The translations under genes and the position numbers were made by a program. Shown piece after piece: positions 9,183 through 19,848 of a stretch of DNA of 32,000 nt. This DNA comes from Bacillus subtilis subsp. subtilis str. 168 (GTDB lineage Bacteria; Bacillota; Bacilli; Bacillales; Bacillaceae), in NCBI RefSeq assembly GCF_000009045.1, contig NC_000964.3, positions 1,200,001 to 1,232,000 on the forward strand, given 5' to 3'. Below the pieces are notes generated by a model. That model made no database searches. It was not told where the DNA came from and worked only from the letters and a program-made list of their open reading frames with translations. Each line of letters begins with the position of its first letter. The first letter of the stretch is position 1.

Positions 9183-10424
9183 ATGACTAAAAAAAGAGTA
9201 GTTGTTACAGGACTTGGAGCATTATCTCCACTTGGCAACGACGTCGATACAAGTTGGAATAACGCAATCAACGGTGTGTCCGGAATCGGTCCGATCACTC
9301 GTGTTGACGCTGAAGAATATCCGGCAAAAGTTGCCGCTGAATTAAAAGATTTTAATGTTGAAGATTATATGGATAAAAAAGAAGCCAGAAAAATGGACCG
9401 CTTTACACAATATGCGGTTGTGGCTGCGAAAATGGCGGTTGAAGATGCAGATCTTAACATTACCGATGAGATCGCGCCGAGAGTCGGTGTTTGGGTAGGC
9501 TCCGGTATCGGAGGACTTGAAACACTAGAGTCTCAATTTGAAATCTTCTTAACAAAAGGCCCAAGACGGGTAAGCCCGTTTTTCGTGCCAATGATGATTC
9601 CTGACATGGCGACAGGCCAGATTTCTATTGCATTAGGAGCAAAAGGGGTGAACTCTTGTACGGTTACAGCATGTGCTACAGGAACGAACTCCATCGGTGA
9701 CGCGTTTAAGGTTATTCAGCGCGGTGATGCAGACGTGATGGTCACAGGCGGAACAGAAGCGCCGCTGACAAGAATGTCATTCGCCGGCTTTAGTGCCAAC
9801 AAAGCGCTGTCTACTAATCCAGATCCGAAAACAGCGAGCCGCCCGTTTGATAAAAACCGTGATGGCTTTGTCATGGGGGAAGGTGCAGGGATTATCGTTC
9901 TTGAAGAACTTGAGCATGCCCTGGCCCGCGGCGCTAAAATTTACGGAGAAATTGTCGGCTACGGCTCAACCGGAGACGCTTATCATATCACAGCGCCGGC
10001 CCAAGACGGTGAAGGCGGAGCGAGAGCGATGCAAGAAGCCATTAAAGATGCAGGCATTGCACCTGAAGAAATTGATTACATCAATGCTCACGGGACAAGC
10101 ACGTATTACAACGACAAATACGAAACAATGGCGATTAAGACCGTTTTTGGCGAGCATGCGCATAAACTTGCGGTAAGCTCTACAAAATCGATGACAGGCC
10201 ACCTCTTAGGAGCAGCCGGCGGTATTGAAGCCATTTTCTCTATCCTGGCCATTAAAGAAGGCGTGATTCCGCCGACAATCAATATTCAAACACCTGACGA
10301 AGAATGTGATTTGGATTATGTGCCTGATGAAGCCCGCAGACAGGAACTTAATTATGTTCTCAGCAACTCATTAGGATTCGGCGGACACAACGCAACATTA
10401 ATCTTTAAAAAATATCAATCATAA
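9183..10424 (+). CDS. fabF: 3-oxoacyl-ACP synthase II (KAS II)
   Basis: 413 aa with [12 protein letters not shown] (active-site Cys), NAHGTST and TGHLLGAAG (His-His). An SD GGTGAGGTG lies upstream and a terminator lies downstream. Confidence 0.96.
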
Positions 10425-10431
10425 TCAAGCC

Positions 10432-10467
10432 AAACCGGCTGCCCTTAAAGGGTAGCCGGTTTTTTTT
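10432..10467 (+). terminator. intrinsic terminator after fabF
   Basis: AAACCGGCTGCCC / GGGTAGCCGGTTT stem with one mismatch, loop TTAAA, followed by a T-run that makes 8 consecutive T at 10460-10467. Confidence 0.85.
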
Positions 10468-10499
10468 GTGTGCATAGGATTAAAAGAGGAGGCGATCAC

Positions 10500-11285
10500 A
10501 TGAGTGTAGAACAAACATATAGCTGGCTCAGGAAGGCCGGTTCAATAGATGATTTGGCGCATTACATTATCCCGCTTTTTTCAGGTGCGGAGAAAAAGAA
10601 CTGGAAGGGCATTCTGGGGCATCTTCAGCATCATGGGATGTTTAAAAACATAAAAGAGGGTATTCAGACGGTTTCCAAGCTGAAGGAAAAAGGTTTTTAC
10701 GGACATATCCAAAAGGAAGAACAGTACCTCAAAAACAAATGGCAAGGTCCTGATGTACCAATTGTTACGCTGCCGGTTGATGAACGAAACAGGAGAATCC
10801 GTTTAGAATTCGGATCAAAATCAGGACTCGCCTTTCAAGACAAAATGTTCCTTTTTCTTTCGTCAGATTTAGATTTTGGGTCGGTATCTGCCCTTATGAC
10901 GCATGAGTATCATCACGTTTGCCGGTTAGGTCATCTGACAAAAGAGGAAAAGGATGTCACATTACTTGATACAATCATCATGGAAGGGCTGGCGGAATAT
11001 GCTGTTTATGAGAGGTTCGGCCGAAGTCAAACGGCTGAATGGACGACTTGGTATACACCGGAACAGCTTCAGGCTTTATATGAAAAAAAGATTGCGCCCC
11101 ATCGGGATATCAAACGGGATAATCGATTATTTCCCCAGCTGTTATTCGGCAAAGGATATCAGCCAAAAATGCTTGGATACGCAGTTGGATTCAATATTGT
11201 AAAAAAATATTTAACCGCCAGCAAGGCAAGCACCGCAGACGGGCTGTCCATTCCTGCTGAGACCTTTTTGGATGCAATGCTTTAA
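10500..11285 (+). CDS. yjaZ: predicted Zn-metalloprotease-like protein (HEXXH), function unknown
   Basis: The track start 10470 lies just downstream of the fabF terminator (10432-10467) and has no SD. AAGAGGAGG at 10484-10492 precedes ATG 10500, giving 261 aa. An HEYHH motif is encoded at 10902-10916. Confidence 0.8.
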   Translation: MSVEQTYSWLRKAGSIDDLAHYIIPLFSGAEKKNWKGILGHLQHHGMFKNIKEGIQTVSKLKEKGFYGHIQKEEQYLKNKWQGPDVPIVTLPVDERNRRIRLEFGSKSGLAFQDKMFLFLSSDLDFGSVSALMTHEYHHVCRLGHLTKEEKDVTLLDTIIMEGLAEYAVYERFGRSQTAEWTTWYTPEQLQALYEKKIAPHRDIKRDNRLFPQLLFGKGYQPKMLGYAVGFNIVKKYLTASKASTADGLSIPAETFLDAML

Positions 11286-11339
11286 AAGGATAAAATAATG
11301 GAATTTCATTAATAATATTACATTTATCCTAAAAAATTC

Positions 11340-11368
11340 TTGATTTTGCAAAATGATTGTAATAATAT
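11340..11368 (+). promoter_or_regulatory. candidate sigma-A promoter of the app operon
   Basis: TTGATT (11340-11345), 17-bp spacer, TAATAT (11363-11368), within a very AT-rich 190-bp intergenic region. This is a motif match only. Confidence 0.3.
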
Positions 11369-11476
11369 ACAACTATAAAATTTTTCGATAATTCAATATT
11401 ATTTATTATTTCTGAATAAAGGGATTGCTTTCTCTTGAAAACGTTTGACAACAAGAGGGGGGAAAGGGGAGCTAGC

Positions 11477-12463
11477 ATGAGCACACTTTTAGAAGTGAAT
11501 AATTTAAAGACTTATTTTTTCAGGAAAAAGGAGCCGATCCCTGCGGTTGACGGAGTCGATTTTCACATCAGCAAAGGCGAAACCGTCGCGCTTGTAGGTG
11601 AATCGGGCTCCGGAAAAAGCATTACTTCTTTATCAATTATGGGCCTCGTCCAAAGCTCAGGCGGAAAAATCATGGACGGCTCTATTAAACTCGAAGACAA
11701 AGACCTCACCTCATTCACTGAAAACGATTATTGCAAAATCCGCGGTAACGAAGTATCCATGATCTTTCAGGAACCAATGACCTCCCTTAATCCGGTGTTA
11801 ACAATCGGAGAACAAATTACCGAAGTGCTGATTTACCATAAAAACATGAAGAAAAAAGAAGCCCGTCAACGAGCTGTTGAACTCTTGCAGATGGTCGGTT
11901 TCTCCCGGGCGGAGCAAATTATGAAGGAGTACCCGCATCGGCTGTCCGGCGGTATGAGACAGAGGGTGATGATTGCCATCGCACTGAGCTGTAATCCTAA
12001 ACTGCTCATTGCTGATGAACCAACGACAGCGCTGGACGTGACAATACAAGCCCAGGTGCTGGAGCTCATGAAAGATCTCTGTCAGAAGTTCAATACATCG
12101 ATTCTTCTCATCACACACGACTTAGGTGTCGTGTCTGAAGCTGCCGATAGAGTGATTGTCATGTACTGCGGACAAGTCGTAGAAAACGCCACTGTTGATG
12201 ACTTATTTTTAGAACCGCTTCATCCGTATACAGAAGGCCTGCTTACGTCAATTCCTGTTATAGATGGAGAGATTGATAAATTAAATGCGATTAAAGGCAG
12301 TGTGCCTACACCGGATAATCTGCCGCCGGGGTGCCGTTTTGCCCCAAGGTGCCCGAAAGCTATGGATAAGTGCTGGACAAATCAGCCTTCGCTTTTGACA
12401 CACAAAAGCGGAAGAACGGTGAGATGCTTTTTATATGAGGAAGAGGGTGCCGAACAATCATGA
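11477..12463 (+). CDS. appD: oligopeptide ABC transporter ATP-binding protein AppD
   Basis: ATG 11477 follows GAGGGGGGAAAGGGGAG (328 aa). Walker A GESGSGKS, signature LSGGMRQR, Walker [13 protein letters not shown]. The C-terminal Opp/Dpp-type extension carries CX5CX6CX17C. Confidence 0.93.
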   Translation: MSTLLEVNNLKTYFFRKKEPIPAVDGVDFHISKGETVALVGESGSGKSITSLSIMGLVQSSGGKIMDGSIKLEDKDLTSFTENDYCKIRGNEVSMIFQEPMTSLNPVLTIGEQITEVLIYHKNMKKKEARQRAVELLQMVGFSRAEQIMKEYPHRLSGGMRQRVMIAIALSCNPKLLIADEPTTALDVTIQAQVLELMKDLCQKFNTSILLITHDLGVVSEAADRVIVMYCGQVVENATVDDLFLEPLHPYTEGLLTSIPVIDGEIDKLNAIKGSVPTPDNLPPGCRFAPRCPKAMDKCWTNQPSLLTHKSGRTVRCFLYEEEGAEQS

Positions 12464-13449
12464 CAGCAGCTAATCAAGAAACAATCTTAGAGCTTCGTGA
12501 CGTAAAAAAATACTTTCCGATCCGGTCAGGCCTTTTTCAAAGAAAAGTCGGTGATGTAAAAGCGGTGGATGGTGTTTCATTTTCGTTAAAAAAAGGAGAA
12601 ACACTCGGAATCGTTGGAGAGTCGGGCTGCGGAAAATCGACTGCCGGCAGAACGATGATCAGACTGTACAAACCGACAGAGGGCCAAATTCTTTTTAAAG
12701 GGCAGGATATTTCCAATCTGTCAGAGGAGAAGCTGCGGAAGAGTGTCCGCAAAAATATTCAAATGGTTTTCCAAGATCCATTTGCTTCGTTAAACCCGAG
12801 AAAGACCCTGCGTTCCATCATAAAGGAGCCGTTTAATACGCACAACATGTATACCATGCGTGAACGAAACGAAAAAGTTGAAGAGCTGCTTGCAAGAGTA
12901 GGGCTTCACCCGTCGTTTGCCGGCCGTTATCCCCATGAGTTTTCAGGCGGCCAGCGTCAGCGGATCGGCATTGCCAGAGCACTCACTTTGAATCCAGAGC
13001 TGATCATTGCAGATGAGCCGGTTTCCGCACTTGATGTATCCATTCAGGCCCAAGTGATTAACTTGATGGAGGAATTACAGGAAGAATTTAATCTTACGTA
13101 TCTATTTATCTCTCATGATCTGAGTGTCGTCCGCCATATCAGCGACAGAGTCGGAGTAATGTATCTTGGCAAAATGATGGAACTGACCGGCAAGCATGAG
13201 CTTTATGACAACCCGCTTCACCCATATACCCAAGCGCTTTTATCCTCCGTTCCGGTTACAAGAAAAAGAGGTTCTGTCAAACGTGAACGCATTGTCCTGA
13301 AGGGAGAACTGCCTAGTCCGGCCAACCCGCCAAAAGGCTGCGTATTCCACACAAGATGTCCTGTTGCAAAACCGATATGCAAGGAACAAATACCAGAATT
13401 TAAAGAAGCTGCTCCCAGCCACTTTGTGGCTTGTCACCTTTATAGCTAA
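12460..13449 (+). CDS. appF: oligopeptide ABC transporter ATP-binding protein AppF
   Basis: 329 aa. The ATGA junction overlaps appD by 4 nt. Motifs [17 protein letters not shown] and [11 protein letters not shown], plus a C-terminal CX5CX6CX17C. Confidence 0.93.
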
Positions 13450-13536
13450 TGTTGCCCGCACAGCTTTGAGAGGGGGTATGCACACTACATAAACAACAGC
13501 CTAGAAGAACGAACATTTCAAGAGGGGGAATATCTA

Positions 13537-15167
13537 ATGAAAAGACGGAAAACCGCACTGATGATGCTAAGTGTATTGATGGTTCTGGCCATCTTTTTAT
13601 CAGCCTGCTCGGGATCAAAATCAAGCAACAGCAGCGCGAAAAAATCAGCAGGCAAACCGCAGCAAGGCGGGGATTTGGTTGTTGGTTCAATCGGAGAACC
13701 CACACTTTTTAACTCTCTGTATTCTACCGATGACGCAAGTACGGATATTGAAAATATGCTGTACAGCTTTTTAACGAAAACGGATGAAAAACTAAATGTG
13801 AAATTGTCACTCGCTGAAAGCATTAAAGAATTAGACGGCGGCCTTGCATATGATGTGAAAATTAAAAAAGGCGTTAAGTTTCATGACGGAAAAGAACTGA
13901 CTGCAGACGACGTCGTATTTACGTACAGTGTCCCTTTAAGCAAAGATTACAAGGGAGAACGCGGTTCAACATATGAAATGCTGAAATCCGTAGAAAAAAA
14001 GGCGATTACGAAGTCTTGTTTAAGCTGAAATATAAAGACGGTAATTTCTACAACAATGCGTTAGACAGCACAGCTATTCTGCCGAAACATATTCTCGGTA
14101 ATGTTCCGATTGCTGATTTAGAAGAAAATGAGTTTAACAGAAAGAAACCAATCGGTTCAGGACCATTTAAGTTTAAGGAATGGAAGCAGGGCCAATATAT
14201 TAAGCTCGAAGCGAATGATGATTACTTTGAAGGAAGACCGTATTTAGATACTGTGACGTATAAAGTCATTCCTGACGCAAATGCTGCCGTTGCTCAGCTG
14301 CAGGCAGGCGATATTAATTTCTTTAATGTGCCCGCCACTGACTACAAAACGGCTGAAAAATTCAACAACCTAAAAATCGTTACTGATTTGGCATTAAGTT
14401 ATGTGTACATCGGGTGGAATGAAAAAAATGAATTATTCAAGGATAAAAAGGTTCGTCAAGCGCTAACAACCGCTCTTGACCGCGAGTCAATCGTCAGCCA
14501 AGTATTAGATGGAGACGGCGAGGTAGCTTACATTCCGGAAAGCCCTTTATCTTGGAACTATCCTAAAGATATAGATGTTCCGAAATTTGAGTACAACGAG
14601 AAAAAAGCGAAACAGATGCTTGCAGAAGCCGGCTGGAAAGATACGAACGGTGACGGCATTCTGGATAAAGACGGAAAGAAATTCTCGTTTACCCTTAAAA
14701 CGAACCAAGGAAACAAAGTCCGTGAAGACATCGCTGTCGTCGTTCAGGAACAGCTGAAAAAAATCGGCATTGAAGTGAAAACCCAGATCGTTGAATGGAG
14801 CGCTCTCGTTGAACAAATGAATCCTCCGAATTGGGATTTTGATGCAATGGTCATGGGATGGAGTTTATCCACATTCCCGGATCAATATGATATTTTCCAT
14901 TCAAGCCAGATTAAAAAGGGTTTGAACTACGTTTGGTATAAAAATGCCGAAGCGGATAAACTCATGAAAGATGCAAAATCAATCAGTGACAGAAAGCAGT
15001 ATTCAAAAGAATATGAGCAAATCTATCAAAAAATTGCGGAAGATCAGCCGTATACGTTCTTGTATTATCCTAACAACCATATGGCAATGCCGGAAAATCT
15101 TGAAGGATACAAATATCATCCGAAACGTGATTTGTATAATATTGAAAAATGGTGGCTTGCAAAATAA
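13537..15167 (+). pseudogene. appA: oligopeptide-binding lipoprotein AppA, interrupted by a 1-nt frame change in an A7 run
   Basis: ORF 13537-14028 has a lipoprotein signal (FLSAC). ORF 14016-15167 is in the -1 frame. Together they form one family-5 solute-binding protein paralogous to OppA. The frames cross at A7 13994-14000. This matches the known appA frameshift of strain 168. Confidence 0.9.
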
Positions 15168-15180
15168 ATTTCCCTTAAAG

Positions 15181-15214
15181 GGGAGGGAGAGCGTTTTCTC
15201 CCTCTTCTGTTTTT
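15181..15214 (+). terminator. intercistronic hairpin / partial terminator between appA and appB
   Basis: GAGGGAGA (15183-15190) / TCTCCCTC (15197-15204), 6-nt loop, followed by TTCTGTTTTT. Confidence 0.55.
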
Positions 15215-15242
15215 AATAAGGAAAGTAAAGGGGGACAAGTAT

Positions 15243-16193
15243 ATGGCTGCATATATTATCAGAAGAACCTTAATGTCTATCCCGATTTTATTGGGAATTA
15301 CGATTTTATCATTTGTTATCATGAAAGCCGCGCCCGGAGATCCGATGACATTAATGATGGACCCGAAAATCAGCCAGGCTGACAGAGAGCAGTTTATTGA
15401 AAAATACGGTCTGAATGATCCTCAGTACGTTCAATATTTAAAGTGGCTAGGCAACATGGTGCAGGGTGATTTCGGAACGTCTATTGTCAGAAAAGGAACG
15501 CCTGTTTCAGAATTGATTATGGCAAGACTACCCAATACGCTCCTGCTGATGCTGGTTTCAACGATTTTGGCTCTTATGATTTCTATTCCGTTCGGTGTCC
15601 TGTCGGCAAAGCGGCCGTATTCAAAAATCGACTATGGCATTACATTTACCTCGTTTATAGGCCTGGCTATTCCAAACTTTTGGTTTGGATTAATTTTGAT
15701 TATGGTGTTATCGGTAAATCTCGGCTGGTTTCCAACTGGGGGTGTCGAGACACTGAATACCGAATTCAATATATTTGACCGGATTCATCATTTAATTCTG
15801 CCTGCATTCGTTCTAGCTACAGCTGACATGGCCGGACTGACGAGATACACGAGATCCAATATGCTTGATGTATTAAATCAAGATTATATTCGCACAGCGA
15901 GAGCAAAAGGATTTAAAGAGAACAGAGTGCTATTTAAACATGGATTGAGGAATGCATTATTACCCGTCATTACAATTTTCGGTTTGATGATTCCTTCATT
16001 TATCGGCGGATCTGTCGTTGTCGAACAAATTTTCACTTGGCCGGGATTAGGAAAGCTGTTTGTCGATTCAGCATTCCAGCGCGATTATCCGGTTATCATG
16101 GCAATGACTGTGATCTCGGCGGTTCTTGTCGTTGTCGGAAACCTCATTGCAGACATCCTTTACGCGATTGTTGATCCGCGGATCGAATATTAA
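15243..16193 (+). CDS. appB: oligopeptide ABC transporter permease AppB
   Basis: 316 aa and multi-pass hydrophobic. EAA-loop [37 protein letters not shown] lies upstream. Confidence 0.93.
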
Positions 16194-16209
16194 AAGGAGG
16201 GAAACAGAG

Positions 16210-17121
16210 ATGTCAGAGCTGCAAACAACTCCCTCGCCGGAGATCAGGCTGAAAGAAAATATTTCGAAAAAGCCAGAAACAATGACAAAGATTTTCTGGG
16301 AAAAATTCTCGAAAAACAAACTGGCCATTTTAGGTGCCGTTATTCTTTTTATCATTATTATGTCTGCTGTTTTCGCCCCTTTAATTGCACCTTATCCCCA
16401 AGAGCAGCAAAGCCTGCTTGATAAATATAAGGCGCCGGGCCTTGAACATCTGATGGGAACGGATAAATTTGGACGTGATATTTTCAGCCGGATCCTATAT
16501 GGAGCGCGTGTCTCTTTATTGGTTGGATTTGCGTCCGTAGTCGGTTCGATTTTGATCGGAACGGTTTTAGGAGCATTAGCCGGATATTTCAGAGGAATAG
16601 TGGATGCTGTCATTATGCGTGTAGTTGACATTGTGTTATCCATTCCTGATATTTTCTTGTTGATCACGCTGGTCACCATCTTCAAGCCGGGTGTGGACAA
16701 ATTGATTTTAATTTTCTGTCTCACAGGATGGACCACAACAGCACGATTAGTAAGGGGAGAATTCTTGTCGCTCCGTTCAAGGGAATATGTTCTTGCTGCT
16801 AAAACAATTGGAACAAAAACGCACAAAATTATTTTTTCTCATATCCTGCCCAATGCGTTAGGGCCGATTATCGTGTCAGCTACGCTGAAAGTTGGGTCTG
16901 TTATTCTAGCTGAATCGGCGCTAAGCTACTTGGGCTTTGGAATCCAGCCGCCAATCGCTAGCTGGGGGAACATGCTTCAAGACGCACAGAATTTCACAGT
17001 AATGATTCAAGCATGGTGGTACCCGTTATTTCCCGGGCTATTTATTTTAATGACCGTTTTATGCTTCAACTTTGTCGGTGATGGCCTGCGGGATGCGCTT
17101 GACCCGAAAAATATTAAATAA
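16210..17121 (+). CDS. appC: oligopeptide ABC transporter permease AppC
   Basis: The track start 16126 lies inside appB. AAAAGGAGGG (16192-16201) precedes ATG 16210, giving 303 aa. EAA-loop [23 protein letters not shown]. Confidence 0.9.
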
Positions 17122-17161
17122 AAATGAATATCATATCTGTTATAAAATATCACCAAATCAG

Positions 17162-17213
17162 AAAAAAGCAGGTCTCCTTTAGTCAGAAAATATACAAAGA
17201 GATCTGCTTTTTA
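17162..17213 (+). terminator. probable terminator after appC
   Basis: AGCAGGTCTC (17167-17176) pairs with GAGATCTGCT (17199-17208) with one G-U pair. The loop is 22 nt and a T5 run follows. Confidence 0.55.
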
Positions 17214-17325
17214 TGATTCTTACATAAACCCAGTGATTCCAGATTTCCTCAATCTCTTTGGAATAATTTCTCTATCCCTTGCCTATACTGTGGACAACAG
17301 TTTTTATAAAAGTGAGGGGTTAGAG

Positions 17326-18078
17326 ATGTTATTTCTTCATGATGTGTGGGTCAATTGGTTTGAAGGGGAAGAAAATGGCTACAATGTATGCCACTTTCAC
17401 GAATGGCGCAAGGAAGATACGGTTGAGCTTTTGGATCAGGTGCCGCTGTTAAGGGTGCCGTCAGTACTGTTTCATTACATAGAAAACGATTTGTCAGAGC
17501 TTCCGAAAGGTTTGCTTGAAGACGTACATCAGAAATCGTACATTCGAAAAAATCATGAGCGGACAAAGCTTGAGTATTGTTTTGTCGTAACAGACGGAAT
17601 CGGCATTTTAGCTGTTGACACGATCGGCTACACGATCCCTGTCAGAAAAAGCCGTCTAATCCCAAGACAGGAGCAGCTCGTTTATGAAATGGTAAAAGAT
17701 GTAGAGCCTGAAACATATGAATTTGAGCCAAAGAAGCTGGAATCCTCCAAGGAATATCACATCTTATCATTAGCACCAGAACATGTCAGAGGACTGACAA
17801 GAAAAGAACGGCAAATTAAGCAGCTGATGTTTATGGCGCTTGACCAATTAAAAGGGCTGAAAAACCGAGCGGAAATTGGCTACTGGTACACAGAGTGGAA
17901 TCCGCATATGTATGAACAAATCAAAAGGATGAGCTTTGAAGAGATTTGGGACATGCTGTATAACGAAACAATTGAAGGCTGGTCGGACAAACACCTAGCT
18001 TTTTGCGAAAACCTAATAAAAGGACAGCCTTTTTTCGAAAAGCTTTGGGAAATGGAAAACGAATCAAAGGTCAACTGA
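17326..18078 (+). CDS. yjbA: conserved protein of unknown function (250 aa)
   Basis: The track start 17233 has no SD. GTGAGGGG (17312-17319) precedes ATG 17326. The product starts [21 protein letters not shown]... Confidence 0.8.
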   Translation: MLFLHDVWVNWFEGEENGYNVCHFHEWRKEDTVELLDQVPLLRVPSVLFHYIENDLSELPKGLLEDVHQKSYIRKNHERTKLEYCFVVTDGIGILAVDTIGYTIPVRKSRLIPRQEQLVYEMVKDVEPETYEFEPKKLESSKEYHILSLAPEHVRGLTRKERQIKQLMFMALDQLKGLKNRAEIGYWYTEWNPHMYEQIKRMSFEEIWDMLYNETIEGWSDKHLAFCENLIKGQPFFEKLWEMENESKVN

Positions 18079-18110
18079 AAAAAACCGCTCTTTGCAAAGA
18101 GCGGTTTTTT
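18078..18110. terminator. bidirectional terminator shared by convergent yjbA and trpS
   Basis: AAAAAAACCGCTCTTT GCA AAGAGCGGTTTTTT is a perfect palindrome flanked by an A-run and a T-run. Confidence 0.9.
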
Positions 18111-18112
18111 GA

Positions 18113-19394
<1,282 letters not shown>

Positions 19395-19423
19395 ATTATA
19401 AATCAATTATAACCAATTGTCAT
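19395..19423 (-). promoter_or_regulatory. sigma-A promoter of the trpS leader
   Basis: Minus strand: ATGACA (19423-19418), 17-bp spacer, TATAAT (19400-19395). Confidence 0.65.
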
Positions 19424-19666
19424 CATGAAAAAACATTCTTTTTTCCAGTAAAATTGTAATAATATAAATAACACGAGTGCTGTAAAATCCTTAAATGATA
19501 ACTGCTATCAGCGTAAAAACAGGCAGATATTATATGTAAAAAGCAATATGGGCAGAAAACACATGAAAAAGTTTTTAATCAATTTATGCTTTAAATGGTA
19601 GAAGGATATTATGTTCATGGAAGAAAAACTAACGAAGTTTAAATATTTTAAATTGATAAAATAATA

Positions 19667-19695
19667 TTGCAATAAATTATTTGTTTCATTATAAT
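19667..19695 (+). promoter_or_regulatory. sigma-A promoter of the opp operon
   Basis: TTGCAA (19667-19672), 17-bp spacer, TATAAT (19690-19695). This implies a ~150-nt leader before the oppA ATG at 19849. Confidence 0.6.
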
Positions 19696-19848
19696 GAACT
19701 TGTTCACTCTATTGTTACAGCTTTTTTACAAAAATAATCAGAAAAGACGGAACAGAATAAAAGTTGTGGAAACTCAGGTTCATTTGTCTGATATTTCTGA
19801 GGATTTAGCCGTAAGGAGCTGAAAATTATTATTAGGGGGTTTGCGAAT

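Noticed and set aside
9793-10202. Alternative-frame and antisense ORFs inside fabF (9793-10176 plus strand, 9966-10202 minus strand)
   Set aside because: They are embedded in the highly conserved KAS II coding frame. Their products are basic and low-complexity, and there is no translation-initiation signal.
13400-13823. Two 101-aa minus-strand ORFs spanning the appF-appA junction
   Set aside because: They overlap each other and the appA signal-peptide region, cross an intergenic SD on the opposite strand, and have no start context of their own.
16392-16826. 144-aa minus-strand ORF inside appC
   Set aside because: It is antisense to a permease gene with a clear EAA loop and transmembrane pattern, and it has no SD.
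19563-19664. Mini-ORFs in the trpS-oppA intergenic region (19563-19601, 12 aa MKKFLINLCFKW; 19611-19664, 17 aa MFMEEKLTKFKYFKLIK)
   Set aside because: The region is extremely AT-rich, so short ATG-to-stop ORFs arise by chance. The SDs are weak (GAAGGA with 4-nt spacing for the second, none for the first). Both lie upstream of the opp promoter with no evident promoter of their own. A Phr-like peptide idea is appealing next to Opp, but there is no signal peptide.
19713-19730. TnrA/GlnR-like palindrome TGTTA-N8-TTACA in the opp leader
   Set aside because: The half-sites match TGTNA/TNACA, but the spacer is 8 nt rather than the strict 7 nt of the 17-bp TnrA box. By that consensus it is not a valid site. 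It may be a chance palindrome in AT-rich DNA.
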